Shown piece after piece: positions 10,396 through 20,793 of a stretch of DNA of 61,920 bases. Within the stretch, counting starts at the first letter, position 1. Each line of letters begins with the position of its first letter. A program made the translations under genes and the position numbers. Source of the stretch: an uncultured Alphaproteobacteria bacterium (GTDB lineage: Bacteria; Pseudomonadota; Alphaproteobacteria; HIMB59; GCA-002718135); assembly GCA_902596065.1 (NCBI GenBank), contig CACJSL010000004.1:1-61920 (forward strand). Direction: 5' to 3'. Below the pieces are notes generated by a model that saw only the letters and a list, made by a program, of their open reading frames with translations, was not told where the DNA came from and searched no databases.

Positions 10396-10398
10396 ACT

Positions 10399-12270
10399 TT
10401 ATACTTTTCGAATGCCCAAAAATCCTGACATAACCATTATTATAACTCCAATCCATATTAAGCTTACCAGAGGGTTTTGGTAAATTTTTACAGACCATAT
10501 CTTATCTTTTTCATTACCGATGATAACATAAAAATCTTGAAACCAACTATGGTATATACCAGCTTCAGTGGTGATCATTTTTGAAACATTATAGTATCTT
10601 TTACTGGGTTTAATTTCAGCTATTTTTTTATTATCTTTATATAGTGAAAATACAGCTACTAATTCTTGGAAATTACTGTCTTGATTTGTTTCTAATTTTA
10701 ACAATGTATATGAGTAATTATTAATTTGTTTTTTTTCATTTATCATAAATGTTTCACTAAATTCAGATTTATAAACACTCGATGTTGTAATTCCCAAAAT
10801 TAATATTCCCACTCCAATATGAGCTAGTAATGCATTATTTTGACTAATAAAATTTCTTAATCCAAATTTTTTATAATTAAAATAAACAGACAACAAAGAT
10901 GAAAATATAATTATCAAACCTAGTGAAATCCCTATAAAACCCCAAACATTAAAAGTATTTAAATAAACAATAATAAAAGATAATAAACTTAGAGCTATGA
11001 AAACAAAAATATAACTTTTATATTTCGGTAACTTATTATTCTGCCATGATAATGCTGGAGCAATACTCATTAGCAAAAAACCAGGAAGCAATATTGGGAG
11101 AGCAGTAGAGTTAAAATATGGAGCTCCAACTGATATTCTTTTATTTGTAATTACTTCAATTACAATTGGGTAAATTGTACCCAATAATATTGTTAAGCAA
11201 GCTATTATCATAACTATATTATTAAATACTAGTGCAGTAGACTTATTTATAAACAAAAGTTTTAATTTTTCTTCTGAATCATCAGTTTTAAAAATGAACA
11301 GTATAAAAGAAAATCCTGTAGAAACTAAAAATATGATTAAAATAAATATGCCTCGAGCAGAATCAGTTGCAAATGAATGTACGCTAGTTAAAATACCTGA
11401 TCGTACTAAAAAGGTGCCAAAAATACTTAGTGAAAAACATAATATAGATAAAAAGACTATCCATCTAATCAGTAATTTTTCCTTTTTTGTTATCATTAAT
11501 GAATGAACAAGTGCCAAACCAGCAATCCAGGGCATTAAGGAAACATTTTCAACAGGGTCCCAAAACCACCATCCCCCCCAACCTAATTCATAGTAGGCCC
11601 AATATGACCCCAAAGCTATTCCTCCAGTAAGCATTGACCAACAAAATAAAGTAAATTTTTTTGCAGTATTCATCCATTCATAATCTATTTGTTTAAATGT
11701 TAATCCAGCTAAAGCCAAACTCAGAATTAATGAAAAACCTACATAGCCAATATACAAAATAGGAGGATGTACCGCTAATGCGGGATCTTGTAAAATAGGG
11801 TTTAGACCCATTCCCTCTTCAAAATTAATTGAATTTATCAAAAATGGATTAGAAGTTAAAATAACAAACACTGCAAAAAGAAGAAAAAGACTAGTCTGAA
11901 AAGTTATAGTTAATTTTTTAATATTATCTTTTAAATTTTTATTGAATATAAAAAATAATGTATAGCCTGACATAATCAACAACCATAAAAGCATTGAGCC
12001 CTCATGGTTCCCCCATGTTCCAGTTATTTTATATAAAATTGGCTTATCAGAATGAGAGTTTTCAAAAACATTTTGATTTGAAAAATCAGAAACTACATAA
12101 GCATATATAAGTGTTAAAAAAGAAACTATAATAAAAAAAAACTTAAAAAAAACTAAATTATAATAAGTTCTACTTATTTGATTTTTGTTATTAAAAAAAT
12201 ATGAAAAAAATATTATTAATCCAATTAAAAAAGAAAATAATAAATTAGCAAATCCTACTAAAGATATCAT
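10399..12270 (-). CDS. ccmF: Heme lyase CcmF
   Basis: WGNHEGSMLLW, WAYYELGWGGWWFWDPVEN and SVHSFA motifs; ATG at 12270 overlaps the ccmE stop (ATGA). Confidence 0.97.
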   Translation of the reverse strand: MISLVGFANLLFSFLIGLIIFFSYFFNNKNQISRTYYNLVFFKFFFIIVSFLTLIYAYVVSDFSNQNVFENSHSDKPILYKITGTWGNHEGSMLLWLLIMSGYTLFFIFNKNLKDNIKKLTITFQTSLFLLFAVFVILTSNPFLINSINFEEGMGLNPILQDPALAVHPPILYIGYVGFSLILSLALAGLTFKQIDYEWMNTAKKFTLFCWSMLTGGIALGSYWAYYELGWGGWWFWDPVENVSLMPWIAGLALVHSLMITKKEKLLIRWIVFLSILCFSLSIFGTFLVRSGILTSVHSFATDSARGIFILIIFLVSTGFSFILFIFKTDDSEEKLKLLFINKSTALVFNNIVMIIACLTILLGTIYPIVIEVITNKRISVGAPYFNSTALPILLPGFLLMSIAPALSWQNNKLPKYKSYIFVFIALSLLSFIIVYLNTFNVWGFIGISLGLIIIFSSLLSVYFNYKKFGLRNFISQNNALLAHIGVGILILGITTSSVYKSEFSETFMINEKKQINNYSYTLLKLETNQDSNFQELVAVFSLYKDNKKIAEIKPSKRYYNVSKMITTEAGIYHSWFQDFYVIIGNEKDKIWSVKIYQNPLVSLIWIGVIIMVMSGFLGIRKV

Positions 12271-12707
12271 TGGTAGCTTTTGTTCCAATATTTATTTTTT
12301 TCAAGCTGCTTTTTAATAGATGTAGGCATATAGTTTTCGTCATGTTTAGCAAAAACTCGTTCAGCTTTTATGTTGTCAATTTTTATTAATTTTCCTTGTA
12401 CTACTACCCCTTGTTCTTCTCTAAATAAATCAGGCAATATACCTGTGTAACTAACCCTTACATAATTATTATTATCATGGATAATAAAAACATATTTATT
12501 ATCTTCGATATTTTTTAATGAATCTTTTTTTACAATTCCTCCAATGCGAATTGTGTCATTAATTTGAGTTTTTGAATTCAGTAATTCTGAAGGGGTATAA
12601 AAAAAAATTAAATTTTTTTTTGAATTAAAGAGAATAAGAAAAATCGAAGCTGTTAAAAAAATCAACGATAAGAATATAAGTAATAATCTTTGAAATCTTA
12701 AGGACAT
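12267..12707 (-). CDS. ccmE: Heme chaperone CcmE
   Basis: FFYTPSE, LPDLFREEQGVV and AKHDENYMP motifs. Confidence 0.97.
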   Translation of the reverse strand: MSLRFQRLLLIFLSLIFLTASIFLILFNSKKNLIFFYTPSELLNSKTQINDTIRIGGIVKKDSLKNIEDNKYVFIIHDNNNYVRVSYTGILPDLFREEQGVVVQGKLIKIDNIKAERVFAKHDENYMPTSIKKQLEKNKYWNKSYQ

Positions 12708-12714
12708 TATTATT

Positions 12715-12813
12715 TTATTTAAGTTTTTTAAGTTTTAAATATGACTGGACTAAGAGCAGAAATAGCAAAATAAAGCTTATAAAATAAGCAAAGAAAATAT
12801 ACCAAAAATACAT
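12715..12813 (-). CDS. ccmD: Heme exporter protein CcmD (32 aa)
   Basis: Absent from the ORF track. Translates as MYFWYIFFAYFISFILLFLLLVQSYLKLKKLK: aromatic Y..AY TM with a basic tail, between ccmC and ccmE. Confidence 0.75.
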   Translation of the reverse strand: MYFWYIFFAYFISFILLFLLLVQSYLKLKKLK

Positions 12814-12878
12814 AAACCCTTTTAACAAAAAAATTATATAATGTAATAATACTTAGATGACCGATCGTCTCATCAAGA

Positions 12879-13571
12879 TTATCTAAGTTTTCTCTTAAGT
12901 ATCTCCGCTTTAATTCTAATAATACCAATTACTATAGCCAATAACATAAGTGCAATAGTCATAATAACCAGAGGCCTTAGCATACTAGGATCAATAGAAG
13001 GAGAAGATAACTTGCTTATACTAGCAGGTTGATGAAGTGTATTCCACCAATCCACAGAAAATTTAATTATTGGGAGGTTAATAGATCCTACTATTATTAA
13101 AACAGCAGTAATTTTTTCGGAAACATTAATATTTGTAATTGAGTTTTTAAGAAAGATTATGATTAAATATAAAAGAAATAAAATTGCTACAGAAGTTAAT
13201 CTTGCGTCCCAAACCCACCAAGTTCCCCACATGGGCTTACCCCACAAAGAGCCAGTAACTATGCATATCAATGTAAATATTGCTCCTATAGGAGCGATGG
13301 CTGAATTAATTATAAAACTAAAATTAATTTTAAAAGCTAATCCTATAATACTATAAAGTGTCATTATTAAAAAAGTCAAAACTGCTATCCACGCAGCAGG
13401 AACATGAATATACATTATCCTAACAGTAGCGCCCTGTTGATAGTCGTTAGGAGATAAAAAAAAAGCAAATACTATCCCAATTAACAAAAATATAGCACTT
13501 AAACAAATTAATGGTTTGAAAACTAGGTCACTAAACTTAATAAAACGATTTGGATTAATTAAAAACTTCAT
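12879..13571 (-). CDS. ccmC: Heme ABC transporter permease CcmC
   Basis: IMYIHVPAAW, WGKPMWGTWWVWDARLT and WWNTLHQ motifs. Confidence 0.97.
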   Translation of the reverse strand: MKFLINPNRFIKFSDLVFKPLICLSAIFLLIGIVFAFFLSPNDYQQGATVRIMYIHVPAAWIAVLTFLIMTLYSIIGLAFKINFSFIINSAIAPIGAIFTLICIVTGSLWGKPMWGTWWVWDARLTSVAILFLLYLIIIFLKNSITNINVSEKITAVLIIVGSINLPIIKFSVDWWNTLHQPASISKLSSPSIDPSMLRPLVIMTIALMLLAIVIGIIRIKAEILKRKLR

Positions 13572-13572
13572 A

Positions 13573-14253
13573 TTATTTATTTTGTAATGATATTTTAATA
13601 CATAATCCGCTAGCCCAAGGTGAAATTGCTAGAAAAAAAAACATAATTCCTAAAAGGATATTGATTTGCGCTTTTATAATCTCAATATTATTTGAAACAT
13701 TTACAATATTAACTCCAAATATTATTACTGGAATACTAAATATCATAATAATAAGCCCTCCTATTGAAAAATTTTTTTTATTTAATAAATTCATTGATCC
13801 TGATATTGCAGATATACACGTAATAATAACAGAACCTATTAAAAAACTTAAATAAACTATTTTTAAATTGTCAAATTGCATTTCTAATAAAAGAAAAGCT
13901 ATAGGGAGAATTATAAAAAAAGGAGCTTGAAGAAACATCCATATCGTTAACATTTTAATAAGTGCTATGATTTCATAGGAAAGCCCACTCATATGAATTA
14001 TTATCAAGCTATTGTCATCAAAATCATTCTGAAAAAATTTTTTTATTGAAAGAGTATTGCTTAATAATATTATTGTCCAAATAATACCCACACCAATTTG
14101 GTTAAACAATTCTTTATTTGAACCTACTGCAAAAACAAAAATTATAATACTAAGTATAAAAAATAAAAATATACTTAATATATGAAAGAAACTTCTATAA
14201 TGTATTTTAGACTCTCTTAAAAAAACTCCCAAAATTGAATTGAAGCTACTCAT
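13573..14253 (-). CDS. ccmB: Heme exporter protein CcmB
   Basis: About 6 TMs, FQNDFDDNSL motif, position in the ccm operon. Confidence 0.88.
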   Translation of the reverse strand: MSSFNSILGVFLRESKIHYRSFFHILSIFLFFILSIIIFVFAVGSNKELFNQIGVGIIWTIILLSNTLSIKKFFQNDFDDNSLIIIHMSGLSYEIIALIKMLTIWMFLQAPFFIILPIAFLLLEMQFDNLKIVYLSFLIGSVIITCISAISGSMNLLNKKNFSIGGLIIMIFSIPVIIFGVNIVNVSNNIEIIKAQINILLGIMFFFLAISPWASGLCIKISLQNK

Positions 14254-14863
14254 TGATTTCCAAATTTACAGTATTAATATTAGGAATAGTTGGTAATGTA
14301 TGGGAAGTAAAAATCACCATACCACTTAAATCTAGGTGATTAGTTATTGTTTGAATAATTATTTCAACAGATTTTAAATCTAGACCTATAAAAGGCTCAT
14401 CTAGAACCCAAAGTTTTTTTTGTTCAATAATTAACCTAATTAGTTCTAGTTTTTTAATTTCTCCAAAAGATAGATGAATAGTAGAAGTATTTTTATATTC
14501 TAACAATCCTAAAACTTCTAATATTGATTCTATTTCATTAATCTTAATTTGTGATGAAAAAATTTTCTTCCAAAAAATTATATTTTCATAGACTGTTAAA
14601 TTTTCATTAGAAGTATTTTGATCCAAAATAAAAGTTATATTTTTACAATAATCATAATGATTTTTTTTTATATTTTTCCCATTCCAAAAAATTTCACCAT
14701 CATCTGGATTTAAAATCTTACATATAATTTTTAATAATGTTGTTTTACCAACACCATTATTCCCAGTTAGATGAATTATTCCTTTGGGAGGTAAAGATAA
14801 ATTTACATCTTTTAAAATGGCTTTACTTTGACGACTGAAATAAATATTATTAACGAGAAGCAT
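14246..14863 (-). CDS. ccmA: Heme ABC exporter ATP-binding protein CcmA
   Basis: Walker A GNNGVGKTT, LWVLDEPF and FTSH motifs; first gene of the ccm operon. Confidence 0.92.
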   Translation of the reverse strand: MLLVNNIYFSRQSKAILKDVNLSLPPKGIIHLTGNNGVGKTTLLKIICKILNPDDGEIFWNGKNIKKNHYDYCKNITFILDQNTSNENLTVYENIIFWKKIFSSQIKINEIESILEVLGLLEYKNTSTIHLSFGEIKKLELIRLIIEQKKLWVLDEPFIGLDLKSVEIIIQTITNHLDLSGMVIFTSHTLPTIPNINTVNLEINE

Positions 14864-14904
14864 TTCTTTGATCCATAATCTCTTTATTAGCCTTAGACAA
14901 CAAT

Positions 14905-14930
14905 AAAAAACGGGGCCTTAAGACCCCGTT
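14905..14930 (-). terminator. Intrinsic terminator of the histone-like gene
   Basis: Minus strand reads AACGGGGTCTTAAGGCCCCGTTTTTT: GC-rich stem followed by T6. Confidence 0.88.
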
Positions 14931-14997
14931 ATTTGAGATAAAATCTCTATTTTTAAGAAAAAGAAAACTTAAATTAAGCTTTCTATTAAAAAAGAAA

Positions 14998-15195
14998 CTA
15001 TCTTCTTCTTTTCTTAGCTGCTTTTTTCTTTTTTTTCTTAGCTGCTTTTTTCTTTTTCTTAGGTGCAGCTTTTTTCTTTTTCTTAGGTGCAGCTTTTTTC
15101 TTTTTCTTAGCTGCCTTTTTTCTCTTAGGTGCAGCTTTTCTTTTTCTTGGTGCAGCTTTTCTTTTCTTAGCTGCCTTCTTTTTCTTCTTTGCCAT
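14998..15195 (-). CDS. Histone H1-like lysine-rich protein (65 aa)
   Basis: MAKKKKKAAKKRKAAP... contains only K, A, R and P after Met; SD AAGGAG just upstream of ATG 15195; has its own terminator. Confidence 0.85.
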   Translation of the reverse strand: MAKKKKKAAKKRKAAPRKRKAAPKRKKAAKKKKKAAPKKKKKAAPKKKKKAAKKKKKKAAKKRRR

Positions 15196-15307
15196 TTGAT
15201 GCTCCTTGTGTTGGGTTAAGTGGAGGAACCTCCCTCCATCATCACTTAAAAAAAGTGATAAACATAAAAGGCTATCTTTTTTTCCCAAAACTTACGGAAA
15301 ATGTCAA
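15196..15307 (-). promoter_or_regulatory. Structured 5' leader and -35 element of the histone-like gene
   Basis: TTGACA on the minus strand at 15302-15307; hairpins TGGAGG/CCTCCA (15221-15238) and ATCACTT/AAGTGAT (15241-15259). Confidence 0.5.
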
Positions 15308-15523
15308 CGATATAGTAGATTTTAAAAATTAATCTAAAAAATATCAATTTTAAATTTAATTATATATTTTTTAGTACTAATTTTTTTAAAAAAAGTTTTT
15401 TTTATCAAATAGTACAAATTTTTCGCAGAAATCTTATATTTTATTCACTTTTATATATACTTTATCTCTTTGACATAATATTTATATTAAAAAAGAAAAT
15501 GAATTTAATTTTCTTTAATTAAC

Positions 15524-18169
15524 ATGAAATCTAAAAATACTTTTAAAACTCGCTCAATATTGGAAATAAATGGACAAAAATACGTTTATTTTGACCTTAA
15601 TATTCTCGCAAATTATTTTGACTTTAATCTAAATAATATTCCAAATAGTATAAAAATTTTATTAGAAAATTTAATTAGAAATGAAGATGGAAAGTCGATA
15701 AATCATGAGATGATATCATCTTTTTGTACCAAAATAGAAAAGAAAGAATCATTTTCTGAAATTGCATTTTTTCCAACAAGAGTTTTAATGCAAGATTTTA
15801 CTGGAGTGCCAGCCATAGCAGACTTAGCTGCAATGAGAGATGCACTTAAGTTAAAGAATGTTGATCCAAAGAATATTAATCCTCTTTCAAGAGTAGATCT
15901 AGTTATAGATCATTCAGTCATGGTTGATAAATTTGGCACTTCTTCAGCTTTAGAAGAAAATGTAAAGATTGAGTTTCAGCGTAATCAAGAAAGATATGAA
16001 TTTTTAAAATGGGGTCAAGAATCTTTTAATAATTTTTTCTTGGTTCCTCCTGGGGCTGGTATTTGTCATCAGGTTAATTTAGAAAATATTGCTAAAACCG
16101 TATGGTTAAATAAATTTGATAATAATCAGTATATCTATCCAGACTCTGTTGTTGGAACAGATAGCCATACAACTATGGTAAACTCTTTATCAGTTTTGGG
16201 TTGGGGAGTAGGTGGCATAGAAGCTGAAGCGGCTATGCTAGGACAACCTATATCTATGAACATACCAAAAGTTTTAGGTTTTAATATAACTGGCTCTTTA
16301 AGAGAAGGAATAACAGCAACAGATTTGGTCCTTACTATTACTGAAAAATTACGCAAGCATGGAGTTGTAGGAAAGTTTGTTGAATTTTATGGTAGTGGTT
16401 TAGATAGCTTGTCATTGGCAGACAGAGCAACAATTTCCAATATGGCTCCCGAATATGGAGCTACATGTGGATTTTTTCCAACAGATCAAGAAACTATCAA
16501 ATATCTTCATATGACAGGTAAAGATAAAAATCATTTAGATATAGTTAAGGCTTATACAAAAAAACAAAAACTTTGGTATGATAAGAATATCGAACAAAAT
16601 TTTGATGAGTCAATAAATTTTAATTTAGATAAAGTTGAAGCTGTGGTAGCAGGACCAAAAAGACCACAAGATAAAATTTTATTAAAAGATATTTCTAAAT
16701 CATTCTCTACTTTTGCAAAAAAAAATACAAAATTAATTAGAAAAAAAAATGAAATACAATCTGGCGATATAGTTATTGCAGCAATTACTAGTTGTACTAA
16801 TACCTCTAATCCAAGTGTCATGGTTGCAGCAGGACTTGTTGCCAAGAAAGCCGTTGAACTTGGATTAAAAGTAAAGCCTTGGGTGAAAACAAGTTTGGCG
16901 CCTGGAAGCAAAGTAGTAAGTGATTATTTAGAAAAATCTAAGCTTTCTGAGTTTTTAAATAAAATAGGTTTTAACTTGGTTGGATATGGTTGCACAACAT
17001 GTATAGGAAACTCTGGGCCTTTAGATAAACGGATTTCTAAAGAAATTAAAAATAACCAATTATCAGTTTGTTCAGTCTTATCAGGAAATAGAAATTTTGA
17101 AGGTAGAGTACATCAAGAAATAAAAGCAAATTATCTTGCTTCACCCCCTTTGGTCGTTGCTTTTGCTTTAGTAGGAAATGTGAATATTGATATAGTTAAT
17201 GATCCAATAGGAATTGGTGGAAGTGGAAACAAGATATATTTGAAGGATATTTGGCCTACTTCGAAAGAAATAGAAAATATTGTAAGATCAAGCCTATCCC
17301 CTGATGTTTTTTTATCAAGATATAATGAAATATATAAAGGAGATAATAATTGGAATTCTATTAAAACTATTTCTCAAGATACTTTTAAATGGAGAGAAAC
17401 AAGCACCTATATTAAACATCCTCCTTTTTTTACAAATAATTCTAATAATACAAAAGAAGATATAAATGATGCAAGAATACTAGCTCTTTTAGGAGACACA
17501 GTAACCACAGATCATATTTCTCCAGCTGGTGCAATAAAAGAAAAAAGCCCCGCTGGTGAATATCTTTCCATGAGACAAATATCTAAAGAAAATTTTAATT
17601 CATACGGATCTAGAAGAGGAAATCACGAAATAATGATGAGGGGCACTTTCGCAAATATAAGAATAAGAAATGAAATTAACAAGAATATAGAAGGAGGGAT
17701 AACATATTGTTATATTAATAATAAGCATATGCCAATTTACGATGCTGCGATGGAATACGCCAAACATTCTATTCCTCTAGTTGTACTAGCTGGCAAAGAG
17801 TATGGCACCGGCTCTTCTCGTGACTGGGCGGCTAAAGGAACTAAGCTTTTAGGGATTAGAGCTATTATAGCTGAGTCATTTGAAAGAATTCACAGATCTA
17901 ACTTAATAGGAATGGGAGTAATACCATTTGAATTTACAGAAGGCCAAAACCGAATAAATTTGTCAATCAAGGGAGATGAAAAAATTTCTATTTTGGGAAT
18001 AAATCAAATTGCCCCAAACAAAATAATTGAGTGTACTATATCAAGAAAAGATTTTTTTAAAAAAATAAATTTAAGATGCAGAATAGATACTACAAAAGAA
18101 CTAGAATATTTTAAAGCTGGAGGCATTTTGCAATTCGTTCTTAACTCAATTATTGCCAAAGCTTCTTAA
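15524..18169 (+). CDS. acnA: Aconitate hydratase A
   Basis: RVLMQDFTGVP, VGTDSHTTM, AITSCTNTSNP, GYGCTTCIGNSG and YGTGSSRDWAAKG motifs. Confidence 0.98.
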   Translation: MKSKNTFKTRSILEINGQKYVYFDLNILANYFDFNLNNIPNSIKILLENLIRNEDGKSINHEMISSFCTKIEKKESFSEIAFFPTRVLMQDFTGVPAIADLAAMRDALKLKNVDPKNINPLSRVDLVIDHSVMVDKFGTSSALEENVKIEFQRNQERYEFLKWGQESFNNFFLVPPGAGICHQVNLENIAKTVWLNKFDNNQYIYPDSVVGTDSHTTMVNSLSVLGWGVGGIEAEAAMLGQPISMNIPKVLGFNITGSLREGITATDLVLTITEKLRKHGVVGKFVEFYGSGLDSLSLADRATISNMAPEYGATCGFFPTDQETIKYLHMTGKDKNHLDIVKAYTKKQKLWYDKNIEQNFDESINFNLDKVEAVVAGPKRPQDKILLKDISKSFSTFAKKNTKLIRKKNEIQSGDIVIAAITSCTNTSNPSVMVAAGLVAKKAVELGLKVKPWVKTSLAPGSKVVSDYLEKSKLSEFLNKIGFNLVGYGCTTCIGNSGPLDKRISKEIKNNQLSVCSVLSGNRNFEGRVHQEIKANYLASPPLVVAFALVGNVNIDIVNDPIGIGGSGNKIYLKDIWPTSKEIENIVRSSLSPDVFLSRYNEIYKGDNNWNSIKTISQDTFKWRETSTYIKHPPFFTNNSNNTKEDINDARILALLGDTVTTDHISPAGAIKEKSPAGEYLSMRQISKENFNSYGSRRGNHEIMMRGTFANIRIRNEINKNIEGGITYCYINNKHMPIYDAAMEYAKHSIPLVVLAGKEYGTGSSRDWAAKGTKLLGIRAIIAESFERIHRSNLIGMGVIPFEFTEGQNRINLSIKGDEKISILGINQIAPNKIIECTISRKDFFKKINLRCRIDTTKELEYFKAGGILQFVLNSIIAKAS

Positions 18170-20765
18170 AAAATTTTCTGTGCAAGATCGAGACAATAAT
18201 TTAACAGCAATTCTTGGGCCAACCAATACCGGCAAAACTTACGCTGCATTTGAGCGTCTTATCTCATATAAATCTGGAATTTTTGGTTTTCCTCTAAGAT
18301 TATTAGCAAGAGAAAATTATGATAAAGCTTTATCAAAATTAGGTTCTAAAAATGTGGCTTTAATAACAGGTGAAGAAAAAATTTTTCCAAAAACAGCTAA
18401 ATATTTTTTTTGTACAGTTGAGTCAATGCCATTAAATATTGATGTCGAATGTATAGCAATAGATGAAGTACAACTAGCATCTGATTATGAAAGAGGACAT
18501 ATTTTTACTGACCGTTTGCTTAATATGCGTGGAGAGCATGAAACTATTTTTTTGGGCTCATCAACTATTGAAAGAATACTAATAAATTTATTTCCAAAAA
18601 TTAATATTAAAAAAAGAGAAAGATTTTCTAAATTAACTTTTGAAAATAAAAGAAACTTGTCCAAACTTAATCCTCGTTCAGCAATTATTGCTTTTAATAT
18701 TAATTCAATTTATGAAATTGCTGAATCTTTAAGAGCCCACAAAGGTGGAGCGGCTGTTGTTTTAGGCTCTTTAAGTCCGAGGACACGTAATTCACAAGTT
18801 GAAATTTATGAAGACAAAAAAGTAGATTTTTTAGTAGCGACTGATGCTATTGGTATGGGACTTAATCTAAATATCGAGCATGTATCTTTTTCTTCATTCC
18901 AAAAATTTGATGGAAGATATAATCGTGATTTATATCCTGCAGAATTGGGTCAAATAGCAGGAAGAGCAGGAAGACATTTAAATGATGGGACATTTGGATG
19001 CTTAAATACTGCGGGCAACTTAGATCCAATGATTATCAAGTCAATAGAAGACAGTAAGTTTGATTCAATAAAAAAAATTTATTGGAGAAATTCAAAAATT
19101 GATTTTGAATCTGTTGACTCAGTTATTAATTCTTTCAAAAAATTTCCTATAAAAAATTTTTTTATACATAAAAAAAATGCAGAAGATGAAATTAATTTTA
19201 GAGAACTTTCTCAGGACAAAGAAATTAAACCATTTTTAAATAATTTTTATTCTATTAGTTTGCTTTGGGATGTGTGCCAAATTCCTGATTTTCAAAAAAT
19301 TTTTAAGGATTCATATTTAGATTTATTAAAGAGTATTTTTTTAGAATTGATTAATAATGATGGAGTAATAAATGATAATTGGTTGAGAGAAAAAATACTT
19401 AAATTAGAAAATTATTCAGGTGGGATAGAGGAACTATCAATCAAAATTTCTAATATAAGAACTTGGACCTATATATCCAATCAAACAAAGTGGATAAAAG
19501 AATATGAATTTTGGCAAAGCAAGACCAAGGAAATAGAAGATAATTTGTCAGATAATTTGCATGAATCTCTTACTAAAAGATTTGTTGATTTTTCAGCTAG
19601 TTTTTTTGTTAATAACAAAAAACTTGGCGAAGATATAAAAGTTGAAGTTGATAATAATAAGAATATTATATTAAATGGACAAAATTATGGATATATTAAT
19701 GGTTTTAATTTAGAATTAAAAGTAACTAAATCTGAGTCTTTATTTTCTCTAATACATGTAAAAAAATCAATACGAACAATGATAGAAGAAAAAATTAATA
19801 ATTTTTTAAAAGCTCCCTTAATAGCAATTAATCTAGGAAATATTTATGAATTTCCAATTAGTAATGAGGTTAAAATTTATTGGGGTGATGAGCCTATAGG
19901 TAGATTGATTAAAGGAAATAAAATATTTGCCCCAAAGGCTGAATGCTTAAATTCAGAATTATTAGAATCTGATAAGAAATTGGCTATAACAACTAAATTA
20001 CAAAAGTGGGTTGATGATAAAATAGCCAATACTTTAAAATCTCTCGTTGAGGAGATTGATGCTAATATCTCTTCAGAAGCAAGAGCAATTGTTTATAATG
20101 TTTTTGATTCCCTTGGAACGATGACAATATATGAGCATTTTGATAGTTTAAAAAAGTTGTCTGAAGGGGATAAGTCAAGTTTATCAAAAACAGGGATTAG
20201 AGTTGGAACTAAATTTTTTTTTATGCCACATTTGTTAAAAAAATCACCAATGGAATTAAATGCTTTACTTTGGAAAGTGTATTATGAATCTCAAGAAGAA
20301 AATTTATATCCACTACCAAATGACGGAAGAGTATCTTTTCTTTGTAATTTTGCTATGCCAGAGTCTTATTGGTTTGCAATAGGTTACATTAATTTAAATG
20401 GTTTTTTAATAAGAACAGACGTTTTTGAAAGAATTTTTTTTATAGCTAGGCAAAAAGCTAAATACGGACCCTTTTTAGAATCTTCTGAATTAATGAATCC
20501 AGTTGGATGTAATTCTGACCAGCTTAAAAATATCTTAAATTATTGTGGATTTGAAAGTATTGCTGTTTCTGAGAATAAAAAATTATTTTTTTATAAATCA
20601 AATAAAAAAGAAATATTAAAAAAATCTAATAAAAAAATAAAGCTACATAAGAAAAAAATTAAAAAAACTAATATTAATTTAAAAAAGAATACTTCAAACA
20701 AGGAAAGAAAAGATAATAAAAAAGACCCCAATTCTCCTTTTGCAGTTTTAGAAAAATTACTTTAA
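18153..20765 (+). CDS. Suv3/MgpS-like SF2 ATP-dependent helicase
   Basis: LGPTNTGKT, PLRLLARE, IDEVQL, ATDAIGMGLN and QIAGRAGR motifs. Confidence 0.92.
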   Translation: MPKLLKKFSVQDRDNNLTAILGPTNTGKTYAAFERLISYKSGIFGFPLRLLARENYDKALSKLGSKNVALITGEEKIFPKTAKYFFCTVESMPLNIDVECIAIDEVQLASDYERGHIFTDRLLNMRGEHETIFLGSSTIERILINLFPKINIKKRERFSKLTFENKRNLSKLNPRSAIIAFNINSIYEIAESLRAHKGGAAVVLGSLSPRTRNSQVEIYEDKKVDFLVATDAIGMGLNLNIEHVSFSSFQKFDGRYNRDLYPAELGQIAGRAGRHLNDGTFGCLNTAGNLDPMIIKSIEDSKFDSIKKIYWRNSKIDFESVDSVINSFKKFPIKNFFIHKKNAEDEINFRELSQDKEIKPFLNNFYSISLLWDVCQIPDFQKIFKDSYLDLLKSIFLELINNDGVINDNWLREKILKLENYSGGIEELSIKISNIRTWTYISNQTKWIKEYEFWQSKTKEIEDNLSDNLHESLTKRFVDFSASFFVNNKKLGEDIKVEVDNNKNIILNGQNYGYINGFNLELKVTKSESLFSLIHVKKSIRTMIEEKINNFLKAPLIAINLGNIYEFPISNEVKIYWGDEPIGRLIKGNKIFAPKAECLNSELLESDKKLAITTKLQKWVDDKIANTLKSLVEEIDANISSEARAIVYNVFDSLGTMTIYEHFDSLKKLSEGDKSSLSKTGIRVGTKFFFMPHLLKKSPMELNALLWKVYYESQEENLYPLPNDGRVSFLCNFAMPESYWFAIGYINLNGFLIRTDVFERIFFIARQKAKYGPFLESSELMNPVGCNSDQLKNILNYCGFESIAVSENKKLFFYKSNKKEILKKSNKKIKLHKKKIKKTNINLKKNTSNKERKDNKKDPNSPFAVLEKLL

Positions 20766-20793
20766 TGAACCTTTTTAACCAAACAAATTTAAA

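Noticed and set aside
12728-12928. 66-aa minus-strand ORF between ccmC and ccmE
   Set aside because: Wrong frame; the CcmD-like peptide is the 32-aa ORF at 12715-12813.
15196-15288. 31-aa N-terminal extension of the histone-like ORF given in the track
   Set aside because: The SD sits directly before ATG 15195; the upstream part looks like a structured leader.
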